64,000 nt of DNA, from the NCBI GenBank assembly GCA_025603075.1, contig MU626271.1:134785-198784 (forward strand). Reading direction: 5' to 3'. Shown here piece after piece: positions 39,109 to 53,343 of the stretch. Positions within the stretch are counted from its first letter, which is position 1; each line of letters starts with the position of its first letter. Source of the DNA: Neoconidiobolus thromboides FSU 785 (Eukaryota; Fungi; Entomophthoromycota). The position numbers were made by a program, and so were the translations under genes. Under the pieces are notes generated by a model. The model was not told the origin of the DNA and did not search any database. It saw only the letters and a list, made by a program, of their open reading frames with translations.

Positions 39109-41464
39109 ATGGAAACTTCAGAAGGAAAAGAGCTAAGTTTCATGAGCTATAAATCAGCTATCGATATCAATTTTTGGTATATATTAAGAGAGAAAAAATT
39201 AGAAGAGTATAAGCTAAATGAAGAAATTATTACCATTCACGCACAAATTTTAAATCAATTTAAAAATAAGATGGCACCCTTTTGTTCAGTTAATGAAAAA
39301 GCTTTTCTCCCATTGAGTAATACGGTTGGCTGTACTACATTGATAACACGCTTGAAAATATTTAATAAAAAGAAGGAGTTTATGGAAATGGAGATTAAAG
39401 AAATGGAAAAGAAAGTTTTAGATAAAGTAAATTAAGTAAATTCAAATTGAAGTTAATTAATATATTTAATAGGTAATAAAAGACATTTCAAGTGAGGAGA
39501 TCCTTAACAACATATTATTGTTAAACCCAGTTTATTTATTTTGTTATCCGGATTTAAAGAAATATGAATTTTATTATCAATTTTTATTTCCTATATTATG
39601 CTTGGAAAACCAAGCTTTAGCTTCTATTAGTAGTATTCAAACTATGGACAATTTATTTGATGATGAAGAGGTATTTTTTAGTTCGAGTTTTATCGTTTTA
39701 TTTAATTATCGTTTAGACTAATATAATTCAAGAACACATCAATGTAATGTATAATAGTAATAATTCTACAAACCAGTTTTCTCCTTTTTTCATATTCCTA
39801 AATGATAGCAAGAACAATATTAAAATTTCGGATATTAGCGAACTTAAAGAAGTTTATTTAAATGATAGCAGTAGTACTAAAAGATATATTGGCTTTATCG
39901 ACCCTTCTTTTGAAAATGAAAAGCCAAGTTATTTACTAAATAATTTACTGATTTATTTAGGTATCAAAGGAATTAAACAGGTTGATGTATTACGAATAAG
40001 GAGACAAAACAATTCCAAGATTCAAAAATGGAGTAACGCAATCCAGCTAAACATTACCAATATTACCAATGTTAAAGACATTAAACTAAAAGGATGGGAG
40101 AATAATAGATTTCAAATTAAAAAGGTTAATTTAAATTCAAACATGAACCCTTTATCTCAAGCTACTGCTTCTGTCAGTTTAAATTTAAAATTGATGAAAT
40201 GGAATGCAGAGCCAAACATCAATTTAGATATTATTAGAAGCTGTAAATGCTTATTGTTGGGGTCGGGTACGTTAGGCAATCATGTTGCTTTAAATTTATT
40301 GGTAAATTATAATAGTTATTTATAAGATACATTTATAATTATACTATTATAGGCATGGAATGTAAATAATATCACTTTTGTTGATAATGGCAAGGTATCT
40401 TTTTCAAATCCAGTTCGACAACCTTTATTTAAATTTGAAGATTGTATAAATGGTGGGAAAGAAAAGGCTACCACAGCTGCTGAAAACCTCAAGTTAATTT
40501 ATCCGGAAGTTGTAAGTGACAAAATTATTACGAAAGCGAGATAATACTAACTCTTTAAATAATAGAACGCTAAAGGGTATAAAATTGATATACCAATGCC
40601 TGGGCATGTGGTAACCCAAGTAGAAGAAAAAGAAGTAATAGAGCAAGTCGAATTACTTGAGAGCTTAATTAAAGAAAATGATGCAATTTTTATGCTGACA
40701 GATTCTAGAGAGTCTAGATGGCTCCCAACTATGTTGGCAAACAAACATAATAAACTATTGATTAATGCAGCTTTAGGGTTTGATTCTTACACTGTATTGA
40801 GACATGGTATGAAAGACAATAATAACGAAAACACTTTATCGTGCTATTTTTGCAGTGACGTTGTTGCACCCCGTGATGTAGTTATATTTTCTATATATAT
40901 TTTAGTCCTAATTATTTTTTAGTCTATTACCGATAGGTCCTTAGATGAGCAATGTACAGTTACAAGGCCTGGATTGGCACCTATAGCCGCTGCAAATGCT
41001 GTTGAATTATTAGTTTCAATTCTGCAACATCCTCAACAGTAACATTTTAATTTATTTTTTAAGCTTTATTTAATTCTTTATTAAGTGGGTTAGCTTTACC
41101 ACCAGATTTTAATAAAAGCGATGAGACTAATAATGGAGAGGTTAACAATCGATTGGCTACTACAATTCCTCATCGAATTAATGGATATTTAGCTAACTAT
41201 AAACAGATTCTTACTTATGGTACACCTTTTGATAGATGTACAGGATGCTCTAAATATGTAAGTTTATGCTAAAATATAACTTTATTTTAATTAATATTAT
41301 TTAAGGTTGTTGAAGCTTATAATAAAAATGGGATTGAGTTTTTATTTAAAGTATTTAATAACTCTCAAATATTGCAAGAAATAACTGGGATCCAAGGATC
41401 ACTTCTTGATACCCTTACTTGGTCTGGTTCAGACGATGACCTTGATGAAAATGATGAATTTTAA
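39109..41464 (+). CDS. ATG7: Autophagy E1-like activating enzyme Atg7
   Basis: [57 protein letters not shown], catalytic [11 protein letters not shown]; many introns. Confidence 0.96.
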
Positions 41465-41734
41465 ATTTTGAGTATTTATTTTATATGTATTAAATTTTTC
41501 TAATATGTCGCTAATATATTTAGTTAGTTTAATTTTAATCGTATAACTATTATTTATCAAGTTATTTAAATGACTAGTATATATGCATTTAAACAGCTTT
41601 GAAAATACTTTAACTATTATTGAGTAATAAAATCGTGCTTTTTTTAGAAGGGTGTTTTTAGCTTTGTTTATTTTATAACCGTGTTATATTAAAAGCTACT
41701 ATAAATTATTTGATGTTATTATCACATAATAAGG

Positions 41735-41806
41735 TAATAAAATAATAAAATAATAAAATAATAAAATAATAAAATAATAAAATAATAAAATAATAAAATA
41801 ATAAAA
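41735..41806. repeat. (TAATAAAA)9 tandem repeat
   Basis: Direct reading. Confidence 0.9.
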
Positions 41807-42521
41807 TTAACAATTATCTTTTTTTAAAAGTGATGTTTCTAATATTAATGTACTAAAAATGTATTAACTAAAATAGTACTCAAATGAGTATTTTTTCAAA
41901 ATTATTAACTTCTCCATAATAAAACCAATATATGTCGTCATAGTAGCTAATATATTGCTATATAAAATGAACAGTAATATCATTTTTGTCAAAGGTACCA
42001 GTTGAATAGTTATACATCACTGAGTTTAATTTAATTTATATTATAATATTAAATAGATATTAGTGTAATAATTACAATAAATGTTGTAAAAATTAAAAGT
42101 AACTCTTTATTCAAGCTGATAACATTATAAAAATTGAATAATAAATTGAATAAAAAGACGGTGAGTTATAATCAAAGAGTTTATTAAAATAACGATGCTA
42201 AAAACTAATGCTATTATACATTAGTTGAATATACTTTATTATTTAGATATAGTTGATATATATTAAAATACTAATATGTGATATTTTTACATTAAATAAG
42301 AGCCAATTAAGCATCATAAAAATTGAAATTGTTTCAAAATGATTGAAATTGAACAAAACTATCAATTTCTTATGCCAAAAAAGGACAAAATAAGCGAATG
42401 GGATTCAACAAACGCTAATTTTGATAAAGCTAACAATTCAAAAAAAGAAAACCTTCTCTTAGCCTACCTAATAAGTGTAGTTAACCCTTTTGGTATCTTA
42501 TCCATCCATCACTAAAACATA

Positions 42522-43292
<771 letters not shown>

Positions 43293-44512
43293 TTTGCTAT
43301 TGCAATATTTATATTTTTTGACCTTATGCTAATCTGGACTGTAACATAAAAAGGAATCAATAAATCAGTCTAAAATAAGTTAATCGCAAAATATTAAAGT
43401 ATATAGACAATTTTAAACGAGAATTTATGGATATTTTTAGGTAATTGCTAATATTTTTTTAGATTTAATTATTTTATAGATAATATTTTAATATTAAATA
43501 CTATATGGAGGCATAAATAAAAAGCAATAAGGATAATAGAGATATGAAATATGTATATAACGAAGCGATTCTATGATTAACAAAACATAACCAGTGCAAT
43601 CAGTTCAAAAAGACTAGTATTAAATTACAAAAGCAATAAATCAAAATTTCGCTTAAAAATTTATGAAAAGTTTTTGACTGGGCTGTTATTATGTTTGTAA
43701 TATTTCTTAAATGGATAGTTATTTTAGATTAATTATTGAATTATATTTTTATTTAGTCCTATTTAATGGCAATATGTGATTAGCTACTAAATTAGCTGGG
43801 CTGTCACTAAAGATTATTTGTGACTTAATAAGTAACATCAATAATATCATAAATAGTAGATTATATAATTTGCCCGAACTTATGAATGTTGTTTAAGAGT
43901 ATAGTATTGATAAGTGTGCAATAAGGCCATAGGATTAATAGCATGTATTATCAAATTATAGATATAAATGAAATATACAATTTTTTTAATTCATTTTGTT
44001 TACTAATATAATCTTGATTTATCTTATTACTACTTTTTAAAAGTGTATATTTTTGGTTGTGTTGAAAAAAAGATTAATTTATCTGATTTTAATATTTGGA
44101 CTTAAAACTAAGGATGTTAGAAAATATTAAATAACAGTGTTTATTTTTATAGCTATATTTGTATTGAAAACTTTACTCCATAATATTTCATATTTTAAAA
44201 ATGATGCAAATTGAATAATAAACCCTACTAACTATGCTATAAAACATCATTTAAAATCATAAGCTGCTCCAACTTTTTTAGGGGGCTCTTTTTTTACCAA
44301 ATTAAACTCTTATCCAAATATTTCGTATTTTTATTATATCATCTTTAGCCAATCAGGTTTAAAACTAAAACCTTTTATTTCACTTACTTTAGTTCAAATA
44401 AAACCTTAATTTCAAACTCAGCTCATTATTAATTTTCAAAATAAAAATTAACAAAGAAATCATTTAATAGCAAAAAATCAATTTTATTAAAATACACAAA
44501 GTAAAAAACTTA

Positions 44513-45001
44513 TTAAAAGATAAATGAAAAGGTCCATGAGATCCAATTAAGTAAAGATATCGTTGTTAAAAACTTAGTTATGTAGATAGCTAAAAAGCTG
44601 GCTTCAAGATTTGTATTTATCAAAACAACTGAGCATTGTAACCAAGTTAAAGAGTGAACCATCCAAGCTACCGAGATGGCTAATGAGATGCACTCCAAAG
44701 AGCCAGGAAATATTTGAGCTGACATATAAACACTTGGCATAGCTTTATAAGCTACATGTAAGTCTCCTAATAATAAAGCAACAATAAAGGAAACTAAGGA
44801 AAATAATAAGGTCATATTGCTATTTTCGGTACTAAAGTTAAGTTCGTAGAAAATAAAAAATAAGTAATAAAGAGCTCCCATGATGGCTTGGGTCAGTCTT
44901 AAAGATTGATAACTTGAAAAATCTTCTTGAAATTCTTTAGATTCAGGAATGTCTTCATTAACTATAGTATTAGAGTTGGATTGAAAGGTCAAGGACGACA
45001 T
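44513..45001 (-). CDS. Intronless ~4-TM membrane protein, unknown function
   Basis: 162-aa ORF with ATG in AAC-ATG context and several hydrophobic segments. Confidence 0.6.
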   Translation of the reverse strand: MSSLTFQSNSNTIVNEDIPESKEFQEDFSSYQSLRLTQAIMGALYYLFFIFYELNFSTENSNMTLLFSLVSFIVALLLGDLHVAYKAMPSVYMSAQIFPGSLECISLAISVAWMVHSLTWLQCSVVLINTNLEASFLAIYITKFLTTISLLNWISWTFSFIF

Positions 45002-46225
45002 GTTATATAATAAATTAGGAATAATAGTAGAGCTAACTAGTTTTAAAATAGAAAGTATTTAAATTGAATTGGAAGTTTAAGAGGTCCTATTTATATTATT
45101 ATTTTTTATACTTTTTTCAGTTGCTTTTTTCACCCCATCTTTTTAGAGGTTGAATCTCTTTCTAACTTTTCCATTGAGAAAATTGAGATCCTGAACATAC
45201 TAATTTCGATCTTCACTCTTAGATCGAAAGTAATTTTTTAATGGGTGGGTGACAAAAGATAGTACTAACAGAAATCATGAGATTGTACTGATTGGCCTGT
45301 GATTACATTAAACCAATCAAGTATATGAAAAAGATAACATTCTTGATATTTTACGTAAAATAAAATTTCGATCTCTACGACATTTTTCTACAAAATTATC
45401 TCAAAACGGTAAGTTAAAATTAAAACTCAAGTTTGTGTTGCATTTATAATTAAATCCATTCTAATAACTTCACACTGAGTCGAGACGTAAATAATAGAGT
45501 AACTTTCTTTAATTTTTCATAGTAACTTTGACAATTAAAAAGTTAACTTCTGAACCCACGCCTATCAAATAAGGATAATTAAAACTCCTTTGAACACGTA
45601 GCTAGCATTTTAATTAAATATTTATCAAATAGATGCTGCTCAGGATATTTTAATATAAAATGCTGGTAAGGGTGAACTTGGGATTTATATTATGTTTGTG
45701 GCAAAAGTCAAATTAAAGTTTTATTAAATTTGTTAAATAAAAATTAATTTTTAATTTAAGGTTGAATTTCTACTGTTTTTTTTCAAATGCTTACTGAGAA
45801 ATTAGAACTGACATGTTAAAAATATTCAATAATAGCTTATTATATTAATAATATTTAATCTTATTATTGATAATTGTATAAAATTTGAGATTATGATATG
45901 TAGATTCATATTTTTGTAATCAATAGTTTATTTATTAATATTAATTTAATATTCATTTTATGACTCAATATTCCAAGTTGCTAGAATTGAATGCTGGTTT
46001 TATGACTGGGTTTAAATACTGAAACAATTACAGTTTTAGATCAAAATTTTAAAATTAATAATTTCTTTTATTATTCTTATATCATTAGATAATTTTAAAT
46101 TGATTTCGCAAACAAAACCTAATCAATTAGCTTGATTTATAGCTTCCTATGATATTATCAATTTCAAATTGTATTTTAAAGCATTTATTATTAAAGCAAT
46201 ATTGTGATTAATGAATAAGTTAAGT

Positions 46226-46323
46226 GGAGATGTATTTTTATATTTAAGATTTTACTAACAAATTCTCCGCTTAAATAGCGCCTAAAAAGATAGAAAAAGT
46301 AATGAAGCCAAAAAAACAGCCCC
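46226..46323 (+). mobile_element. 98-bp MITE copy 15
   Basis: Direct flanks AAGT/AAGT. Confidence 0.9.
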
Positions 46324-46480
46324 AAGTATTTTTTTTTGAAATTTATTTTTATTAATAAAGGTTTAAGTTTAGGCTTTATTGTAACTAATTCATAAGTTTA
46401 ATAAAACAGTAAGCTAATTATGGCTTCAAAACATTAAACTATATGTTCAAAAGCATTTATCAAAAGGAGCAAAAGTATTG

Positions 46481-46515
46481 ATAATAAAGTTCTTAAAAAA
46501 CAAAAATACATCCTC
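46481..46515 (-). mobile_element. MITE terminal fragment
   Basis: TTCTTAAAAAACAAAAATACATCCTC+ATAT only. Confidence 0.55.
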
Positions 46516-47242
46516 ATATGGTAATTTATAATATTATCTTCGAAAAAATTATACTTTCATGTATATTCAACTATTAATTATCAAGTACTTTCAAATATGC
46601 TGCTATATAAATCTTTTATCCATTATCAGAGTAATTTTATAAATAGTAAAATATTTAATTATGGGGTTTTAAAAGCAAATTTAATAGGATCAAATGAATT
46701 CTATATACAATTATAATTGAAGTTCGAGAGAACACTAAATAAAAAATCAATCATATTTTACTTGGATTGTAAAACCAGGTGTATAAAGAGCTAACTTTCG
46801 GATTACATCTCTAAGTCTCAAGTAATAAAAGATTATTGATCATCTTTGTCTATAATCTTTACACCGTCCTCTCGTTCTATATTGAAAAAATTCTTAATGA
46901 ATAAGAATTTCAAGGTTTTTTAATTTGTTGTATCTTAAAACTTATATCATCTAATTACAATTAGAATTTTTGATTTTTTTGGTATTTGATAAAAATATCC
47001 GATGTCTTTTTACCGAATATCAAGGAAAGTAATAACCATGACTGTAATAAACTATCATAAGGCTAATTTCTTGATTTCTACGAAAAATGAGAGCTTTCCG
47101 CAGCTATAAGTTGAGTAATTCTTTAGAATTAACGTATCCTTGCTATATGATACTTCAACTCAAGCTTATGATTTGGTGTTCTTATTTGGCATATGGTATA
47201 AATTAGAGTGTTTTTTTTACTTGTAGTCTATTTTTCTTAAAA

Positions 47243-48805
47243 ATGGGTTCAATATCAACTGGTAATAAGAGTATTATCTATAATATAAAACTAAATTTTA
47301 ATAAAACTATAACTAGGTTCAGCTCATTTTTCGTATTTGAATTGTTTCAAAATAATCTTATTATATGGTTTTATTGACGTATTACCACTGTATATCAACA
47401 ATCTTTATACTAATGTAAATATAGCAACAATTTAACCCTTACAAATTAATGGAACTTTTAGACTTTAGTAGAACTGGGTGGGGGCCCACGTAGTCGCCTT
47501 GATAAGAGGGTTTATCTTATATCAAATTTTAATTATTTTGATTATGTGGTACCTATAGCTATAATTATCATTGGATATGTAACTGATAAATACGGAGCTA
47601 AAACAATTATACGATTGTCAATTTATACAACATCCATTTTAATAGTACTTTTGTCTATATCACCAAACCTCTTTTTTATTCGGATTACTTTAATTGGCTT
47701 GGGGTTATCTAGTGGACTGAAAGTTATTCCTTATGGACTTATAGCAATTCTCTATGAATCCAAACATCAAAGTATTTTCAAATTTACTACTTTAAAGTTG
47801 ATAAATTAACTACTTATAGGTTTCGCGTATGCATTGATAATATTTAGTAGTTTATTTAATGTGGCCATTTCGGATGCTATAGGATCTTTTTTTGGATCTT
47901 ATAAAAATCAAATTCCAGATTGGTTCATTCTAAAATTAACGTTTCTTCAATATCCGCTATTATTCCCTGTTTTATGCAGCGCTACTGTATTAGCTATATT
48001 TGGCTATTATTTTCATTACTTATTACCTTCGGATGATAAATTAGATAATAATCTACTTCTAATTAAAAATGATAAAGCTCAGGCGTCAATGTATGATACA
48101 GCGAATCCCAAGTATGTTTTTATCAACTCATCTCAGGATACCTTCTATTCCCAATTTTTAACTAAGTTGCCTACTAAACGAACTTCCCTTTTGATTGTTT
48201 CATATGTATTAAACCAATGCTTAACTACATCTGCAATGATGGTATTACCAGGATGGTATATAGGTATGTTTGGGACTGATAGAAATGATTTAGTTTCAGG
48301 CTTTGAAAGTTTTTTTCCTGCTACAATCCTATTTATAGCAGCCACTTTGCTCTTAAGCTCACTCTATTTACCTACCGCCTTAAACAAATTTAAGCCAAGC
48401 TATGTATATAATATTGCTTGTAGTGGAATTTTCATTGTATTTCTTTGCTTAATCATAATTAACTTTCTACAACCAATCATTCCTATTTCATTCCTTGTTT
48501 TTTTAGTTAATTTGGCTCCAACATCTTTACTTGTATGTTTTTTATGTTCCAATTTTTCAGTAATATTATTATTAGCAAAGGTAGAAGATATAAATGTAGG
48601 AAAATTTACTGTCCTTGGTTTGGCATTTGGTAGCTATGACATTCTTGATAAAATCCAAGGGTCTCTTGTTTTAAAATCTTTACTTGTTTACTTTAGTGCC
48701 ATTGAAAGTTGGAATATCTATGTCAAAGTTTCCCTTTTTATCTTAGGCATAATTGCTTTTCTCAATCGTTATCTTTCCCAAGTTATTTTCATTAATAGTA
48801 ATTAA
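47243..48805 (+). CDS. MFS-like transporter paralog 2 (ZIFL/YCR023C-like, diverged)
   Basis: ATG 47243, three introns; motif A GYVTDKYGAK; FLQYPLLFPVLC; many hydrophobic helices. Confidence 0.8.
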
Positions 48806-49285
48806 TTAATATTATTTATTAAATAAAATAATACGGATCGTATATTGTCTTATGTGTTATATTCAATTGCACTAAAATGTTTATTTTTCGATACTTTTAT
48901 TACTTTTAAAAATAATATAGTTTTCTAATAAAGTATAGGTTCAATAAATTGAGCGAAATAACTGTTATCACTATATGCTATTAAAAAGATTACTCTACCA
49001 TTATTAATAATTATGCTTTATAAAAATATTAAAATTAGCGTTATTTAATATACAATACTCTTGTTATAGTATAGTTTACATTTAATAATAATTTTTATCT
49101 GTTCAAGCTTAACTAATCTCTTATCTGCTTTATATTATTTTGCTATTATTATTTAATCATAGCCCAATTTTACATCAGGCTATATATAAGATGTAAAGTA
49201 ACTATTTTATTTATATAAAAGAGTTTTTGAATACTACTTTTTGTAGACTTTTTTTTTAAAAATCCTCAAAAACAAACAAACAAAT

Positions 49286-49382
49286 GGGGGTGTTTTTTTG
49301 GCTTCATTATTTTTTCCATCTTTAAACACTATTTGAGCGAAAAAATCATTAATAAAATTCTTAAACACAAAAAAACATCACC
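49286..49382 (-). mobile_element. 98-bp MITE copy 16
   Basis: Direct flanks AAAT/AAAT. Confidence 0.88.
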
Positions 49383-49444
49383 AAATCCCCAAGTGCTTTA
49401 TTATTTAAATAAAATATTACAAGTTAACAAAAGAAGCAATAAAT

Positions 49445-49540
49445 GGGGATGTCTTTTTTAGCTTCATTACTCTTTCTATTTTTTAAGCGCTATTTAACTG
49501 GTAAAATTAGTAAAGCTCTCAAATAATAAAATGCATTCTC
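49445..49540 (-). mobile_element. 98-bp MITE copy 17
   Basis: Direct flanks AAAT/AAAT. Confidence 0.85.
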
Positions 49541-50328
49541 AAATTATTTTTAGGCAAACACAACCTTTCTTGCTTTTAGATAAACAAGTTACTGCTACTG
49601 AGTGAGAAAAACCTTTACTTTAGCCATTCTCAACTAAATAAAAAAAATCCTGAAGGACAAGAAAGGGTTAGATTAAATGCTATTTTTTTATGTATTTTAT
49701 AGATGGTTTTTCTAAACTTGTTAATTTTTCACTTTTAGTTGTAATATTTATTTTCAAACACATCAAATACTTCAAAAAAAAATATTGAAAAAATATTGAA
49801 TACACTGCTACATAAAAATTTTCTCGTTAAGATAATTTCCAAAATAAAACATTTAACTACAATAGTTAAAAAATCAAGGTGTAAGGTTAGTAAATTTTCT
49901 CATAAGAACTTGAATAAAAATGAGAATTTCATTTTATTTGAGTTGTTAAAATTTAATACACAAAAAGCTAACTTTCATCTTAGACTTCTGATTCTGAAAG
50001 AGTAGCCACTTATTTCACATTCGTATACGATCCTTTTTCATTGGTATATGCTCTCGTTATTGAAAGCAACCTTAGCCGCTTTAAGGAGATTAATTTTCTC
50101 AATTTGTTCCACCTTATAAACTTACATCATCTAACTACAAATCATAAGGCTAATTTCTTTATTTTTATGAAAAATGAGAGTTTTCCGCAGCTATGAATTG
50201 AATTAAAGTATCGTATAGCAAGAATACGTTAATTCTAAAGAATTACTTAAGCTTATGATTTGGTGTTCTTATTTGAGAGGCAATATAAATATGTTATATT
50301 TATATTTCATAAAAGCATTTCTTAAAAA

Positions 50329-51935
50329 ATGGGATCAATATCAACTAATGACAGTGATAATATTCATGATAGGGTATCAACTAGTAATAAAAACATTAAA
50401 TATAATATAATATAATATAACTTATTAATAAAATTATGACTAGCTTCATCTCGTTTCCCAGATTTAAATTATTTAAAAATAATTTTATTAACTGGGTTTA
50501 TTCATGTATTTATACTATGTATTTCAAATATATCTATAAATGTAACTTTAGCAATAAATCAATTTCTATACATTAATTGAACTCTTAGACTTTATTGGAG
50601 CTAGAAGGGCTTCCCCATGATCGTCATGAAAAAAAATATTATATTGTATCCAACTTCAATTACTTTCAATATATGGTACCTGTAGCTGTAATTCTTGTTA
50701 GCTATTTGACTGATAAATATGGAGCCAAAAAAACTGTATCTCTATCAATTTATGCTATATCCATTTTAATAGTACTTTTGTCTATATCACCAAACCTCTT
50801 TTTTATTCGGATTACTTTAATTGGCTTAGGCTTATCTAGTGGACTGAAAGCTATTCCTTATGGACTTATAGCAATTCTCTATGAATCCAAACATCAAAGT
50901 ATTTTCAAATTTACTACTTTAAAGTTGATGAATTAATTAATTATAGGTTTTGCATATACTTTATTATTTATCAATCAAATTCTCAGTGGAATTATCTATT
51001 ATATTATAATCTTTTTTAAGTCTTATAAAAATCAAATTCCAAATTGGTTCATTCTAAAATTAGTATTCCTTCAATATCCTCAATTGTTCAATGCTTTATG
51101 CAGTGCTATTATAATTTTAATATTTGGTTATTATTCTCGCTCACTACTATTACCTTTGTATGATAAATCAGATACTACTTCGCTTTCAATTAGAAGTGAT
51201 GAAACTCAAACATTAATTAGTGATATTGATAATACAAACTACAACTCAATTAATTCATCTCAGGATGCTTTATATTTTCGCTTTATACCTAAATTACCAA
51301 CGGAGAGAACAGTACTTTTAATTGTTTCGTACATTCTAACACAATTTTTAATCACAAATGCAATGATCATATTACTTGAATGGTATATGTTAATGTTTGA
51401 AATTGATAAACATGACTTAGGTTTAGGTTTTGAAAGTTTTTTTCCTATCATAATCTTTTTTGTAGTGGTTGCTTTTCTCTTAAGTTATCTATATCTACCT
51501 AGTACTTTAAACAAATTTAATCCAAGCTATGTATATAACATTACTTGTACTGCAATTGTTATAGAATTTGCTTATTTAATAGTGGTTATCTTTTTACAAC
51601 TAGTCCTTCCTACTTTTTTTATTACCATATCAGTTACTTTAATCGCTATATCTTTACCCATATGTTTTTTATATTCTAATTTTTCAGTAATGTTATTACT
51701 AGCAAAGGTAGAAGACAGAAATGTAGGTAAATTTACTGTGTTTGGCTTGGCATTTGGAGGCTATGGTATTCTTAAATCAGTACAAACATCTATTAATTTT
51801 AAAGATATATTTGCTTACTTTGGTATTATTGAAAATTATTGGATTATTTTTGTTAAGGTTTTCCTTATTATCTTAATCATAATTGCTTTCCTCAATCGTT
51901 ATCTTTCCCAAATTATTTTCGTTAATAATAATTAA
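50329..51935 (+). CDS. MFS-like transporter paralog 3
   Basis: ATG 50329, same introns as paralog 2; SYLTDKYGAKK; NQIPNWFILKLVFLQYP. Confidence 0.8.
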
Positions 51936-52098
51936 TTAATATTATTAAATAAAATAATACGGATTGTATATTTTTTGTATGCTCTATTCAGCTATAATAA
52001 AATAGTCATGTTTCAATCTTTTTATTGCTTTTAAAACAATAGCTTTTTAATAATACATAAGTTCCATAAATAGAGCAGAATAATTACTAACATTATGT

Positions 52099-52195
52099 GG
52101 GGATGTATTTTTTATTTAAAAATTTCACTAACAATCTCTCCGCTCGAACAGCCCTTAAAAAATGGAAAAAGTAATGAAATAAAAAAAATATTCCC
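52099..52195 (+). mobile_element. 98-bp MITE copy 18 (empty paralogous site near 48975)
   Basis: Direct flanks ATGT/ATGT; absent from the homologous 3' flank of paralog 2. Confidence 0.92.
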
Positions 52196-52567
52196 ATGTA
52201 TTAAAAAGTCATTATCACATTACCAATAATTCAACTTCTAAAAGAATGCAAAAGTTGAAATTATCTAATATACATTATTTTATTTACTTTGTTGTGCTTT
52301 TGTTGCTGCTACTTAATCCCAACTTAAGTTTGGATCAGCTTATGAATACTAAATACAATAAACACTTTATTTTTAAATATATTAGAAACTTTAACTAATA
52401 TTAATATGGTTGATTATTGCTATTTCACCTAATAGATTGCTTAAATCCTTAGATCAAGAAAGTAAACTCATCGAAAAGAAAAAAAGATCCCATTTAGTTA
52501 AATATTTCCATTATTTCTCATGTATTTCTTACTTTTTTTATCTTTAATATATTTCATTCTACAATTT

Positions 52568-52664
52568 GAGACTGTTTTTTTTGGTTTCACTATTTTTCCA
52601 TTTTTTAAGCGCTATTTGAGTGGAAAAATTGTAGTAAAATTCTTAAACAAAAAAATATATCCCC
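52568..52664 (-). mobile_element. 98-bp MITE copy 19
   Basis: Direct flanks ATTT/ATTT. Confidence 0.9.
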
Positions 52665-53037
52665 ATTTCTATTTTCTTCACTCAAATAAGGCATTTGAGA
52701 GCTAATCTCTTCAAAATTTATGAAAGTCCAACATTGTATTAAAAAAACGTTTATTTTAATTATTAAATCCTCATAATTCTTTTTACTATTTAAAACTTAT
52801 TAATCAATTATAAATAAAAGATAATTTTTATTTGTTAATGTTCTTATAGCTCAAAATTTAATAAAATATTTGCATTGAAATTTCATCATATTACATGATA
52901 TAATATCAACTCATTTCTGGAAAAAAGGTATGTAAATAAGTTATATTAACTTATAATAAACAATAACAACTATTTTAATTATATTGATCATAATTAAATT
53001 ATAAAATATCAGCACCTACATTCCATATTCCACTAAA

Positions 53038-53343
53038 ATGCAATTGACTATATTGATTTCAACATTATTAACCCTTTCCAGCTTTAATACAGACACGTGC
53101 TACTCTTGTCCTGGAGAAAACTTTCAAGGTCAATGTGCTCAGAAGTGTTGTATTGAATTTGGAGGCACATTAATAGGATTTGGTTTTTCATCAGTATGTT
53201 GCAATATTCAAGCATTAGTAGCAAAAAGTTTTACTTCTTGTTGTACAGAACATTTTAAATCATCATTTGCAGTGTTGGAAGGTTATGTTTATAGAAAAGG
53301 TTGTGGTATCACTGATGACTCGGAAAAGACTTGTATAGAGTAA
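53038..53343 (+). CDS. Small secreted cysteine-rich protein (11 Cys, three CC doublets)
   Basis: AAA-ATG, hydrophobic signal MQLTILISTLLTLSS, 101 aa, intronless. Confidence 0.75.
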   Translation: MQLTILISTLLTLSSFNTDTCYSCPGENFQGQCAQKCCIEFGGTLIGFGFSSVCCNIQALVAKSFTSCCTEHFKSSFAVLEGYVYRKGCGITDDSEKTCIE

